NCBI GenBank assembly: GCA_963778655.1
Contig: CAVZVA010000010.1
Coordinates: 864,001-928,000 of the forward strand
DNA from: an uncultured delta proteobacterium
Lineage (GTDB): Bacteria; Myxococcota_A; Polyangia; Polyangiales; JAFGIB01
Length of the DNA: 64,000 nucleotides
Direction: 5' to 3'
The position numbers and the translations under genes are program-made. Each line of letters starts with the position of its first letter. Position 1 is the stretch's first letter. Below are positions 1-11,100 of this stretch, piece by piece. Below the pieces are notes generated by a model. That model saw nothing but the letters and a program-made list of their open reading frames with translations, made no database searches and was not told where the DNA came from.

Positions 1-894
1 GGCCTGCGCCAGCGCGGTGAGCACGCTCGGGCCGTTGCCGCCCATCGAGCCCGGCAGGCCCACCACGTAGGTCTTGATGGCGTAGGTCTGGTCCAGGTTG
101 CTCAGGATCTGGGTCGAGGCGGCCTGGTCCCAGTTGCAGTTGGGCTCGCCGTCGGTGACCAGGATGATTGCGGTGGTGCCGGTCAGGGTCGCGGTCAAGA
201 CCGCCTGGTTGGCCGCGCTGATCGCTTCCGCAGTCGGCGTCTCGGCCAGCACGCTCATGTCGGCTGCATAGAGCGGGTTGGGCACACCCATGGGTCCGGC
301 GGCCTGCAGCGCCGCCAGGGCGGCGGGTCCGGGCTGGAAGTCGACTTGATCGACGTCGGTGATCTGATGGATGGCGCACATGCCGTCAGGGTACGCCGGG
401 AACAGCAGCGCGCCGATGGTGAGCTGATCCTGCAGCGGCGTCAGCGCTGCGATCAGCGCGTTGCCGGCCGCCTGCCATTTCACCATGCCGCTCCAGTCTT
501 GGAGCATGCTGGTGGAGCGGTCCCAGATGATCAGCACGTTGCCCGGATTCATCACCATCTTGACGGTCGAGGCGAGCGTGAGCGTGCCGCAGCCCTGATC
601 GGGGTTGTTGGACGCGCAGAACTGCCCGACCTGGCACGTGCTGCCGTCGGCGACCGGCGTGCCCGCGTCCATCGGTGTGAGCGGCGGTCCCGACACCGTC
701 GGCTGCATCCCGGGATTGCCGAAGTTCATGCCCCCGGTTCCGTTGCTCGTGCCGCTGCCGCCGGTCCCCGCCGTGACCCCGCTCGGTTGACCCGGTGTCA
801 CGGCGCCGTTGCTGCCGCGCCCTCCGCCGCTGCTCGAGCACGCCAGCATTGCTGTCGAGAGCACCGCCACCATCCAACACCGTAGCTGTCCCAT
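1..894 (-). CDS. vWA-domain lipoprotein (runs off left edge of window)
   Basis: Hand translation from ATG 894 (GGAGG upstream): lipobox-like AMLAC, Gly/Thr linker, Cys cluster, then MIDAS DRSTS, ETPT and IILVTDG motifs; no stop before position 1. Confidence 0.85.
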   Translation of the reverse strand, partial: MGQLRCWMVAVLSTAMLACSSSGGGRGSNGAVTPGQPSGVTAGTGGSGTSNGTGGMNFGNPGMQPTVSGPPLTPMDAGTPVADGSTCQVGQFCASNNPDQGCGTLTLASTVKMVMNPGNVLIIWDRSTSMLQDWSGMVKWQAAGNALIAALTPLQDQLTIGALLFPAYPDGMCAIHQITDVDQVDFQPGPAALAALQAAGPMGVPNPLYAADMSVLAETPTAEAISAANQAVLTATLTGTTAIILVTDGEPNCNWDQAASTQILSNLDQTYAIKTYVVGLPGSMGGNGPSVLTALAQA

Positions 895-1118
895 GTCGCC
901 CTCCGAGACTCGATCGGCGTCGACCACCCAATGCGTCGCTTTTCGAGCACTCCGCGTTCAGGCGCCGCGGCGCCGACTCCAACCCTGCCCACCGTACAGT
1001 GGTACCCGTATATGAAAATAGCTCATGTTCGTGACCTGCGCACTCCCCCGGGGGGTGCGTGTCCTCACCAGGTGGTGAGTGCCGTCCTGCGCAGGGGCTC
1101 GGACGGGGCGCGCCCTGG

Positions 1119-1127
1119 TGGTACAAT
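1119..1127 (+). promoter_or_regulatory. putative extended -10 element (TGGTACAAT)
   Basis: TGnTAnnnT match ~55 nt upstream of ATG 1183 in a divergent intergenic region. Confidence 0.45.
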
Positions 1128-1182
1128 CGAAGGCGTTGTGACGTCCGAGGTTGGGGCTAGCGTCCCGGCGCAAGCGCGCGCG

Positions 1183-1995
1183 ATGTCTTTCGAGCTGCCC
1201 GAGCAGCTCGCCAGCCACTGGTGCCCCAGCCAGCCCGAATTCAGCCACGCGGCCAGCGCGTTCATGGCTGCGCTGCCGCACCTGGAGCCCTACTTCATTC
1301 ACAACATCCGCCAGGCGGCCGCGCGGCTGCAGGACCCTGGCTTGCAGCGCGACGTAGCGCTGTTCGTCGCGCAAGAGGCGCGCCATGCCCAGCAGCACCG
1401 CCGGCTCAATCAGCTGCTGGCGACGCGCTACCCCGAGCTGCCGCGGCTCGAGCATGTGCTCAAGCAGCGGCTCGAACGCAGCAAGCGACGCCAGTCGCTG
1501 GCGTTTCGCATGGCGTACACCTCGGGCTACGAAGCGATCACCTATCAGCTGGTGTGCTTCATGATGGAGGCGCGGCACACCTGGCTCAGCGACGCCGACC
1601 CGCACGTGCTCGCGCTGCTCAGCTGGCACGGCGCCGAAGAGATCGAGCACAAGGCGGTGGCGTTCGACGTGCTGCAAGCGATCGCGCCGAGCTACGCGCT
1701 GCGCGTGGTCGGGTTCCTGGCGGCGCTGGCGATGACGCTCAAGGACATCCTGGCGATGACGCGCTACATGCTGCGGGTCGACGGCCTGTGGGGGCAGCGC
1801 GCGTGCCGGCGACGCCTGTGGCGGCTGCGCTTGGCGTTCGTGCGCGGGCTGGTGCCGCGCTTTCGCCACTACCTGATGCCGGGCTACGACCCTAGGGCGC
1901 AGCCCGACCCCGAGTGCATGCTGCGCTGGCTCGCGCGCTACCAGGCCGGTGAAGATCTGCGCTCGCTGCCGCTGCACGCGCTCGACGAGCGGTAG
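1183..1995 (+). CDS. predicted metal-dependent hydrolase (PF10118-like, ferritin-like ExxH motifs)
   Basis: FVAQEARHAQQH and WHGAEEIEHKAVAFD motifs; start set at MSFELP. Confidence 0.85.
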   Translation: MSFELPEQLASHWCPSQPEFSHAASAFMAALPHLEPYFIHNIRQAAARLQDPGLQRDVALFVAQEARHAQQHRRLNQLLATRYPELPRLEHVLKQRLERSKRRQSLAFRMAYTSGYEAITYQLVCFMMEARHTWLSDADPHVLALLSWHGAEEIEHKAVAFDVLQAIAPSYALRVVGFLAALAMTLKDILAMTRYMLRVDGLWGQRACRRRLWRLRLAFVRGLVPRFRHYLMPGYDPRAQPDPECMLRWLARYQAGEDLRSLPLHALDER

Positions 1996-2004
1996 GGGCT
2001 GTCC

Positions 2005-5000
2005 CTAACTCCGGCGCAGCGCGTGTGCGACGGCTTCGAGCAGCTCGGCGCTGACCGCGCGCGCGCCAGCGGCGTCGAGCGCCGCGGCGCCCACGATCTC
2101 GGAGCTGTCGCGGCCGACCGACCACAGCAGGTGCAGCCGGTAGCCCGCCGCGCTGTTGCCGCTGGCCGCGTCGGCTGCGGCCGTGGTGTCTGCGGTCGAA
2201 GGCGCCCCGCCCTCGACCAGGTCGGTTTCGCTGTCCTGGGTCGAGGCGCACGCCAGGGCATCGATCCGCGACCACAGCGCGGCCGGCGGCTCGCCCTCGG
2301 GCGCCGCCGCGGCCAGCTGGAAGCCGGCCTCACCGCTGACGAACAGGAAGCCCGCGCGCGCCCCCGCGCGCTCCAGCAGCCGCTGCAAGCAGCGTTGCTT
2401 GCGCTCCTCGGGGCTGCGGCAGCCGCGCAGCGAGGCCTGCATCTCGCCGATCTCGCGCGCGCGGCGAGCGGCCGCCTCGGCCGACTCCGGCAGTACCAGC
2501 CCCGGAAACTCGAGCGCGGCCTCCTGCGCCAGCCGTTCGATGCGGCCGATCAAGGTCGGCACGCGCGTGGGCCGGTACCAGCGTTCGACCGCTGCCAGGT
2601 GGCGCTCGAGCGCGCTGCGATCTTGTGCTTGCAGCGCAACGCGCGCCCGCGCCCAGTGCAGCAGGCCCAGCGTCAGCGGGCCGCCGCCCGGGGCGTGCTC
2701 CGCGATCAGGGCGTCGAGCCGGCGCGCGGCGGGCTCGAGCTGCCCGAGTCCGGCTTCGGCCAGCGCGTGTTGCACCTCGACCTGCAGGAACATGCGCACG
2801 AACGGACGGTCGCTCGGCCGCAGCGCGGCTTCGGCGCGCTCGCACACGCGCAGCGCGTCGGCGTGGCGGCCGCTGCGGTTGTAGGCCTCGGCCAGCCCGC
2901 CCATCGCGCGGCCCCAGCCGATGAAGCCGCGCGGGGGCGACTCCGCGATCACGCGCTCGTAGATCTCGATCGCCTCGGCGGCGCTGCCGCGCATCACCAG
3001 GTAGGCGGCGCGCGAGAGCCGGGCCGAGCGCTCGACCGAGGGCAGCGTGGCGGACAGAAGCTCCAGCTGCTCGCACACGTGCTTGAGCCCGACCACGTCG
3101 CCGAGCGCCGCATACGCCACCGACAGTGTCAGCGGCACCGTCACCTCCACCTGCCAGGCGGAGCCGGTCTGCACGGCGTGCAGCTCCATGCGCTTGCGGT
3201 AGGACTCGGCCAGCTCCATCTCGCCGCGTCCCGCGTGGTGCAGCATGCGCAGCTGGCTGGCGGCGCGGTCGTAGATGCGCAGGCCGAGCGACTCGAGCTC
3301 GCGCGCGTGCTCCAGCACCTGCTCGCCCTCGTGCCAGCTCTCCACGATGCCGCAGGCGAACAGCGCCCCGCCGCGGTACAGCTGGCGCACGTACTCGGGG
3401 AAGCCCCGCAGCGGCTGCTTGGAGGAGAGTCGCTGCAGCAGCGAGCGCCAACCTTCCAGCGTTTCGGGCTCGCGCTCGAGCGTGTTGTGCATCAGCCACA
3501 CGCAGTACTCGTGGATGAAGCTGGTGATGTGGCCGGCGCCGAGCGCGGTCAGCGGCTCGATGAAGTCGACCGCCTTGCGGACCGAGGCGGTGTCCAGGCA
3601 CACCGTGCCGGCGCCCGCCTGGGTGGTGACGCAGTTGACCAGCAGCACGAAGACATGGCTGAAGTCATCGAAGCGCAGCGCGCGCGGCGTGAGCGCGAAG
3701 CGCAGCGCGGCCCAGCCGAGCCCCAGGTACATGCTCAGCCGCCGCCCCAGCACGGGTCGCAGCTTGCGCGCCAGCGACATCCCGCTGGCGCGGCTGAGCA
3801 GCTCGAATGCCTCGTCGGCGTATTCGAGCGAGAGCCGGCGATCGGAGTAGTAGCCCTCGGTCGCCAGCCGGGCCACCACCGGCAGCAACTCATAGAGCGA
3901 GCGGCCGTGCTCGAGGTAGACCTTGCGCGCGGCCTCGAGCGCGGGGATCGCGGCCTGCAACGCCCCGGTGCCGATCTCGAAGCGGCGCGCGGTGCGCGCC
4001 AGCAGCTGGGCGCCCTCGAGCTGCTTGCCGCCGCGCAACAGGTGGAAGCCGGCCTCGACCTGGGTGAGGTAGTCGTCGGCGTCCGCGGTGGCCAGCATGG
4101 CGGCGCCGAGCGTCAGGTGCAGCTCAGCGCGGCGCGCGTCGTCGAGCCGTGACAGCACGATCGCGCGCAACGCCTCCTGGTGCAGGCGATAGCTATCGCC
4201 GGAGACGGAGATCACCTCGTGTGCGAGCAGCTCGTCCAAGCGGTTCCACACCTCCGGCACGCCCAGCGCGCGGCACAACTCGATGTCGACCGGTCCTTCG
4301 GCCAGGCTCAGCAGCTCGAGCAGCTCGAGCGCTGCAGCAGGCAGGCGCCCCAGCCGCTCGAGCAGCGCCTCTTCGAGCCGGGACGGCAGCGCGTCGAGCG
4401 AGACCTCCTGCGGCACGAACCAGCTGCCGTCCTGGTAGCGCACCACCCCACGCCGCAGCAGCTCCGAGGCCAGCTCCAGGCAGTGGGCCGGATTGCCGGC
4501 GGCCACGCGCTGCATCCATTCGCCCAAACGCTCGATGTTGGGCAGCTCGCCGAAGATGGCGCGGGCGAGCGCCGTGGTCTGCTGCGGGTTCAGATCGTGC
4601 AGCAGTAGCACGCGCGAGGCTTGGCGCAGCAAGCGTACCGAGGCCGGCAGCGTGGCGTGCGGATCCGTGGCCAGCGCGGTGATGATCGCGAGCTTACGCG
4701 AGCCGCCCTCCGCCGCCAGCGCGGCGAGCACCGCGATCGAGGCGTCGTCGGCGCGTTCCAGGTTGTCGACCGCGATCAACAAGGGGCGCCGGGAGCCGGC
4801 CGCCAGCAGCCAGCCTTTGAAGGCTTGCTGGACGCGCACGCGCCATTCGCCCGGCGCCTGCGGGATCTCGGCGAGCGCGGTGGATTGCAGCCGCTCCTGC
4901 AACGCGGGCGAGAGCCGCGCCAGCACCTGTGCGTGCTCGCCCTGCAGCACGCGTGCCTCGTTCGCGGCGGCATCGAGCAGCCTCAGGCACAGCGCCTGTG

Positions 5001-6066
5001 CCACCCCGTTCTCGCGCCGCTCGCGGTCGGCGTCGACCTGCAACACGGTGACGCCGGCCAGCTGCGCGCGCACGCACGCCTCCGCCAGCAGCCGCGAGCG
5101 GCCCGCGCCGCGCACGCCCTCGAACAACAGCGAGCTGCCGCGCTCCTCTAGCGTCTCGCGTAGCTGCCGCTGCACCAGGTCGAGCTGGTGATCGCGGCCG
5201 ACCAGCGCCGCGCCCAGCAGGTAGCCCTGCGCCGTCTGCCCCTCGTCCTCGGGCGCAAGCGCCGCGATCACCGTTAGCCGGTCGATCACCTCGGCCGCGC
5301 TGGCCGGCCGCGCCAGCGGGTCTTGGCGCAGCAGCGACAGCACCAGCTCGTCGAGCTCGGGCGGGATCGACGCGACCAGCATCGAGGGCGGGAAAGGCGC
5401 GCGCTGCCACAACCGGCCCAGATCCTGGAACGAGGTGGCGGCGTAGGCGTGCCGCCCGCTGAGCAGGTAGTACGCGGTTGCGCCGAGCGCGTAGAGGTCG
5501 GAGCGCTGGTCGAGCGGCGCGCCGCGGATCGCCTCCGGCGGGACGCACGGCGGCGTGCCCACCAGGTCGCTGGCGATGCCGAAGCTCATCAGCGCGCCGA
5601 AGTCGATCAGCTTGCAGCGCCCGTCCTGGGTGACGCGGACGTTGCGCGGGCTTAGATCGCGGTGCAGCAGGCGGCGGGCGTGCAGCAGCGCGAGCGAGGA
5701 CGCGATGTCGCGCAGATAGGCGCAGGCGGTCGCGTAGGGCACCGGCGCCAGCTCGTGCAGATCGCTGCCGGGTAGCAGCTCCATCGTGTAATAGGCGCCC
5801 GCCGCTTCGACGCCGTAGTCGTAGACCTCGATGATGCGGGGGTGCTTGAGGCTGCGCAGCGTCTGGTACTCGCGCTCGAACAGCGCCGCCGCGCTGCGCG
5901 CTCCGGCCTGCAGGCGCTTGAGCGCGAGCGTGCGCCCGCTCGACTGGTCGCGCACGCGGTAGACCGAGCCCATGCCGCCCTTGGCCAGCGTCGCCTCGAT
6001 TTGGTAGCGCCCCGCGACGGGCACCTGCCGCGTGCTCGCCGTGCTCTCGGCTGGACTCGCGCTCAA
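2005..6066 (-). CDS. Ser/Thr protein kinase with AAA/STAND-like ATPase and helical repeat region
   Basis: LAKGGMGSVY, ALKRL, HRDLSPRN, DFG, SDLYALG; then GVRGAGRSRLL and LLIAVDNLE; TTG start at 6066 preceded by GAGGA. Confidence 0.9.
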   Translation of the reverse strand: MSASPAESTASTRQVPVAGRYQIEATLAKGGMGSVYRVRDQSSGRTLALKRLQAGARSAAALFEREYQTLRSLKHPRIIEVYDYGVEAAGAYYTMELLPGSDLHELAPVPYATACAYLRDIASSLALLHARRLLHRDLSPRNVRVTQDGRCKLIDFGALMSFGIASDLVGTPPCVPPEAIRGAPLDQRSDLYALGATAYYLLSGRHAYAATSFQDLGRLWQRAPFPPSMLVASIPPELDELVLSLLRQDPLARPASAAEVIDRLTVIAALAPEDEGQTAQGYLLGAALVGRDHQLDLVQRQLRETLEERGSSLLFEGVRGAGRSRLLAEACVRAQLAGVTVLQVDADRERRENGVAQALCLRLLDAAANEARVLQGEHAQVLARLSPALQERLQSTALAEIPQAPGEWRVRVQQAFKGWLLAAGSRRPLLIAVDNLERADDASIAVLAALAAEGGSRKLAIITALATDPHATLPASVRLLRQASRVLLLHDLNPQQTTALARAIFGELPNIERLGEWMQRVAAGNPAHCLELASELLRRGVVRYQDGSWFVPQEVSLDALPSRLEEALLERLGRLPAAALELLELLSLAEGPVDIELCRALGVPEVWNRLDELLAHEVISVSGDSYRLHQEALRAIVLSRLDDARRAELHLTLGAAMLATADADDYLTQVEAGFHLLRGGKQLEGAQLLARTARRFEIGTGALQAAIPALEAARKVYLEHGRSLYELLPVVARLATEGYYSDRRLSLEYADEAFELLSRASGMSLARKLRPVLGRRLSMYLGLGWAALRFALTPRALRFDDFSHVFVLLVNCVTTQAGAGTVCLDTASVRKAVDFIEPLTALGAGHITSFIHEYCVWLMHNTLEREPETLEGWRSLLQRLSSKQPLRGFPEYVRQLYRGGALFACGIVESWHEGEQVLEHARELESLGLRIYDRAASQLRMLHHAGRGEMELAESYRKRMELHAVQTGSAWQVEVTVPLTLSVAYAALGDVVGLKHVCEQLELLSATLPSVERSARLSRAAYLVMRGSAAEAIEIYERVIAESPPRGFIGWGRAMGGLAEAYNRSGRHADALRVCERAEAALRPSDRPFVRMFLQVEVQHALAEAGLGQLEPAARRLDALIAEHAPGGGPLTLGLLHWARARVALQAQDRSALERHLAAVERWYRPTRVPTLIGRIERLAQEAALEFPGLVLPESAEAAARRAREIGEMQASLRGCRSPEERKQRCLQRLLERAGARAGFLFVSGEAGFQLAAAAPEGEPPAALWSRIDALACASTQDSETDLVEGGAPSTADTTAAADAASGNSAAGYRLHLLWSVGRDSSEIVGAAALDAAGARAVSAELLEAVAHALRRS

Positions 6067-6243
6067 GCCATCCTCACTGCTCTGCCCCCTCCAAGGATAA
6101 GGACGGGGAAACCGTGGCGATAGCGGTGCGCGGATCGGCCACCGGCACGGGGATGGGCGCAAACAGGCTGCGCGGTGGTCGCGCCCCCGGCAAAGGCGCA
6201 GGTCCTGCCACCCGGCAGGGGGCCTTCGCCCTTGGCGCCGCGC

Positions 6244-6483
6244 TCAGCGCCGGTCGCGCGCCAACCGTTCTCGCGCGCGCTGCGCGGCCTGGCCGAAGCC
6301 GAGGCTCGCGTCGCGCTCCATCTCGGCGAAGATCAGCCGCTCGCACAACTCCTGATCGCCGTCGCACGCCAGCAGCAGCGCCTTGATCCTGCGCCGCTCG
6401 CGCCGTTTCGGGCTCTGCTGGTACAGGTAGCGGCCACCCAGCGCGAGTAGCACCAGCAGCAGCACGATTCCGATCGCGTTCAC
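6244..6483 (-). CDS. small membrane-anchored hypothetical protein
   Basis: N-terminal hydrophobic helix (IGIVLLLVLLALGG) followed by a charged helical domain; fills the intergenic gap. Confidence 0.6.
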   Translation of the reverse strand: MNAIGIVLLLVLLALGGRYLYQQSPKRRERRRIKALLLACDGDQELCERLIFAEMERDASLGFGQAAQRARERLARDRR

Positions 6484-6598
6484 CCGGCTGGTATAGCGCA
6501 CGCGGCGGCCGCGCCAGGCCCGCGGGCGCTGCGTTGCGCGATCCGGCCCGCTCGGTCACAATCCGCCCCGCCCGCGCACACGCGCGGCAGAGCCGCAG

Positions 6599-8137
6599 AT
6601 GACATCGCTGGCAACGGGGCGCAGCTCGACGTCGTGGCCGGCTGCGCCGTCGCGGCGATTCGTGTTGGGCTGCGTGCTGCTGGCGGCGGCGCTGCACCTG
6701 CTCTCGGCGCTGTGCAGCTCGGGCTTCCTGCAGGCCGACGAGCACTTCCAGCTGCTCGAGTTCGCCGAGTGGAAGCTGGGTCGGGATCCGGCTGCGGATC
6801 TGCCCTGGGAGTTCCCGCGGCGCATGCGCCCCAGCCTGCAACCCACGATCGCGTGCGGCTTCATCCTGGCGGCGGGCGCGGTGGGCGTCAGCGACCCGTT
6901 CGTGATCGCGAGCGCCCTGCGCGTGACTTCGGCCGCGCTCGGGCTGTGGGCGGCGTTGCTGCTGTTCTTCCGCTTCGCGCGCAGGCTCGAATCCAAGGCG
7001 CTGGTTCGCGCCCTGCTGCTCGCGCTGTGCTTCTTCTGGCCAATGGCGTTTCTGCGCGCGCGCTACTCGTCGGAGGGCTGGGCCAGCTCGCTGCTGGTGC
7101 TCGGCATCGTCGCGCTAGAGCGCGCGCTCGAGAGCCCACCGCGGCCGGCGCACGGCTTCGGCTTCACGTCCGGGCTGCTGCTCGCGTTGTCGTTCTTCTG
7201 CCGCTTTCAGGTCGGCTTCAGCGTGCTCGGGATCATGCTGTGGCTGGTGCTGATCCGCCGCGCGCCGCGCGGCCTGCTGGCCGCGGTCGTGGCCGGCGGC
7301 GCGCTCGGGCTCGGCGCAAACCTGCTGCTCGATCACTGGTTCTACGGCCAATGGGTGCTGACGCCCGTGCGCTACCTGCAGGCCAACATCATCGAGGACC
7401 GCGCGTCGGCCTGGGGACGGCTGCCGTTCTGGTACTACCCCGAGGTGCTGCTCGAGGTCATGCTGCCGCCGTTTAGCTTGCTGTTCGGGGCAGCGCTGCT
7501 GGTCGCAGTGTGGAAGCGGCCGCGCGAGCTGCTGGTGTGGGCGGCGCTACCGTTCCTGCTCGGACACATGGCGGTCGGGCACAAGGAAGCGCGCTTCCTG
7601 ATTCCGCTGATGGATCTGATCCCGCCGCTGGTCGTGCTGGGGCTCGAAGCGCTGCAGGGCGAGCCGCGCAGGTTGCTGCTGGCCTTCGCGCGCTCGGCGC
7701 TCGGCCGGCTCGCGCTAGCCGGACTGATCGGCCTCGACCTGCTGGTGTTGGTCCCGGCCTCGCTGCGGCCGCTGAGGCCGCAAGTCGTCCTGCAGCGCTG
7801 GTTCTACCAGCGGGCTCGCAGCGGGCCGGTCGAGGTGTGGTCCAAGGAGGTGGACCTGTACGGGCGCCCGACGCTGGCGATGAGCTTCTACGCCGCGCCC
7901 GCGGTCCACACCCGTGTGTTTGCCGACGACGCGGCGCTCGTCTCCGCCCTGCGCAAGACGCGCGGGCCGATCTTCGTGCTCGAGAAGGGACTCGATCCGC
8001 CGCCGGCGCTGCGGGCCCCGGCGCTCGCGTGCCGCGTCGCGTTCCGCACCTTGCCCGCGTGGCTGGTGCCGCGCCCGCAGCGGCGATTCACCGGCTGGCT
8101 CAAGCCCTGGAGCGTGTACCGCTGCCGGGATCGCTGA
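6599..8137 (+). CDS. GT22 (Alg9/PIG-B-like) membrane mannosyltransferase
   Basis: DEHFQLLEFA...LPWEF...MRPSLQP N-terminal loop and HKEARFLIP motif; many TM helices. Confidence 0.8.
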   Translation: MTSLATGRSSTSWPAAPSRRFVLGCVLLAAALHLLSALCSSGFLQADEHFQLLEFAEWKLGRDPAADLPWEFPRRMRPSLQPTIACGFILAAGAVGVSDPFVIASALRVTSAALGLWAALLLFFRFARRLESKALVRALLLALCFFWPMAFLRARYSSEGWASSLLVLGIVALERALESPPRPAHGFGFTSGLLLALSFFCRFQVGFSVLGIMLWLVLIRRAPRGLLAAVVAGGALGLGANLLLDHWFYGQWVLTPVRYLQANIIEDRASAWGRLPFWYYPEVLLEVMLPPFSLLFGAALLVAVWKRPRELLVWAALPFLLGHMAVGHKEARFLIPLMDLIPPLVVLGLEALQGEPRRLLLAFARSALGRLALAGLIGLDLLVLVPASLRPLRPQVVLQRWFYQRARSGPVEVWSKEVDLYGRPTLAMSFYAAPAVHTRVFADDAALVSALRKTRGPIFVLEKGLDPPPALRAPALACRVAFRTLPAWLVPRPQRRFTGWLKPWSVYRCRDR

Positions 8138-8165
8138 GGGCGTCCCGGCTGCTATAGTCCGCCGG

Positions 8166-11100
8166 GTGGACTTCCATCCGGCGGTGCGAGCCTGGTTCGA
8201 GCGGCGCTTCCCGCACGGGCCGACCGAAGCGCAGCGCGCCGGGTGGCGTGCGATCGCGGCCGGTCAGAGCACGCTGATCGCGGCGCCCACCGGCTCCGGC
8301 AAGACGCTGGCCGCATTCCTGCTGTGCATCGATCGGCTGTACCGCGCGGCCGAGGCCGGCGCGCTCGGCGACCCCGCGATCCAGGTGGTGTACGTCTCGC
8401 CGCTCAAGGCGCTGGCTGCGGACATCGAGAAGAACCTGCAGACCCCGCTTTGCGAGATCGCCGCGGTCGCGGCCGAGCTCGGCCTGTGCGCGCCCGAGAT
8501 CGGCGTCGCGGTGCGCTCGGGCGATACCACGCCCGCGGCGCGCGCGGCCATGTTGAGGCGCCCGCCGCACATCGTGATCACCACGCCGGAATCGCTGTAC
8601 CTGCTGCTCACCGCGGAGCGCAGCCGCCAGCTGCTGCGCGGCACGCGCACCGTGATCGTCGACGAGATCCACGCGCTCGCGCGCGACAAGCGCGGCGCGC
8701 ACCTCGCGCTCAGCCTGGAGCGACTGCAGCACGTGTGCGCGGCGCCGCCGTTGCGGATCGGGCTGTCGGCCACGCAGCGTCCGATCGAGCGCATCGCGCG
8801 CCTGCTGGTCGGCGAGCCGGGGCGGGAGCCGGGCGAGCCGGGCGAGCACGCCGCGCGCGCCTGCACCGTGGTCGACACCGGGCACCAGCGCGCGCTCGAC
8901 CTGGCGCTCGAGCTGCCCGGCAGCGAGCTGCAGGCGGTGGCCTCGACCGAGCAGATGGGCGAGGTGCTGGACAAGATCGCGGCGCACGTGGCGCAGCGGC
9001 GCACCACGCTGGTGTTCGTCAACACGCGCAGGCTGTCCGAGCGTCTCGCGCACCAGCTGTCCGAGCGTCTGGGCGAGCACCAGGTGGCCGCACACCACGG
9101 CAGCCTGTCCAAGCAGCGCAGGCTCGAGGTCGAGGCGCGGCTGCGCGCGGGCGAGCTGCGCGCAGTGGTGGCCACGGCCTCGCTCGAGCTCGGCATCGAC
9201 GTGGGGCCGGTCGAGCTGGTGTGCCAGATCGGCTCGCCACGCAGCATCGCCACGCTGCTGCAGCGCGTGGGGCGCTCCGGCCACAGCCGTTTCGGCCTGC
9301 CCACTGGCCGGCTGTATCCGCTCACGCGCGACGAGCTGGTGGAGTGCGCGGCCTTGCTGCGCGCGGTGCGCGCCGGCCGGCTCGACGCGATCGCCCTGCC
9401 GCGCGCGCCGCTCGACGTGCTGGCACAGCAGCTGGTGGCCGAGTGCGCGGCCGAGCCCTGGCAGCCGGACGCGCTGCTTGACTGCGTGCGGCGCGCGGCG
9501 CCGTATGCCGAGCTGCAGCGCGAGGACTTCGAGCGCGTGCTCGAGCTGGTCTGCGAGGGCGTGATGACCGGGCGCGGTCGCCGCGGCGCGTACCTGCAGC
9601 ACGACCGCGTGCTGGGGCAGCTGCGCGGCCGGCGCGGAGCCCGGCTCGCGGCGCTGACCTCGGGCGGCGCGATCCCCGAGAGCGCGGACTACCGCGTGGT
9701 GGCCGAGCCCGACGAGATGCCGGTCGGCACCATCAACGAGGACTTCGCGCTCGAGAGCATGGTGGGCGACGTGTTCCTGCTCGGCAGCACCTCGTGGCGC
9801 ATCCGCCGCGTCTCGAGCGGCACCGTGCGCGTGGTCGACGCCAAGGGCGCCACGCCGACCGTGCCGTTCTGGCTGGGCGAGGCACCGGGCCGTACGGCCG
9901 AGCTTTCGGCCGAAGTCTCGGCGCTGCGCGAGGGCGTCGGCCAGCAGCTGGAGCGCGGCGGGCTCGCCGCAGCGGAGGCGTGCCTGCGCGAGCAGACCGG
10001 CATCGAGCAGACCGCCGCCGCCGAGATCGCGGCCTATCTCGCGGCCGGGCGCGCCGCGCTCGGGCTGCTGCCCACGCAGCGCGAGCTGGTGTTCGAGCGC
10101 TTCTTCGACGACAGCGGCGGCATGCAGCTGGTCGCGCATGCGCCCTTCGGCGCGCGCATCAACCGCGCGCTCGGGCTGCTGCTGCGCAAGCGCTTCTGCA
10201 CCTCGTTCGACTTCGAGCTGCAGGCGGCGGCCAGCGACGATGCGATCGTGCTCTCGCTCGGGCCGCAGCACAGCTTTCCGCTGGAGCAGGTACCTCTGTT
10301 CCTGGCGCCGGCCGGTGTGCGCGAGGCGCTCGCGCGTGCGGTGATCGTCACCCCGATGTTCGCGGTGCGCTGGCGCTGGAACCTCAATCGCGCGCTCTTG
10401 GTGCTGCGCGTCAAGGGCGGCAAGAAGAACCCGCCGCCGCTGCAGCGCATGGAATCGGACGACCTGATGGTCGCGCTGTTTCCCGCGCTGGCCGCGTGCC
10501 AGGACAACGCCACCGGCCCGCGAGAGATCCCCGACCACGTGATCGTGCGCCAGACGCTCGACGACTGCCTGCACGACGCGATGGACGTCGAGGGACTGCA
10601 GGCGCTGCTCTCGGCGCTGCAGCGCGGCGAGCTGCGCGTGAGCTTTCGCGACACCACCGAGCCGTCTCCGCTCTGTCACGAGATCCTGAACAGCCGGCCC
10701 TACACCTTCCTCGACGACGCGCCGCTCGAAGAGCGCCGCACGCGCGCGGTGCAGCTGCGGCGCGGACTGCCGCTGCAGGCGCGCGCGCTCAGCGCGCTCG
10801 ACCCCAAGGCGATCGCGCGCGTGCGCGCCGAGGCCGAGCCCGCGCCGCGTGACGAGCACGAGCTGCTCGATCAACTGACGTGGCTGGGCGTGTGCAGGCC
10901 GCGCCCGCAATGGCAGGCCTGGTTTGCGCGCCTGCAGGCCGACGGTCGCGCGCTGCGGTTGCAGCGCGGCGACGATCTGCTGTGGTGTGCGTCGCAGAAG
11001 CGTGCCGCGCTGCAGGCGCTGTTTGCCGGCGCGCGTTTCGAGCCGGCACCCGCGGCTGCGGCTGCGGCTGCGAGCGCGCCGCCCGACGCCGCGGTCGACG

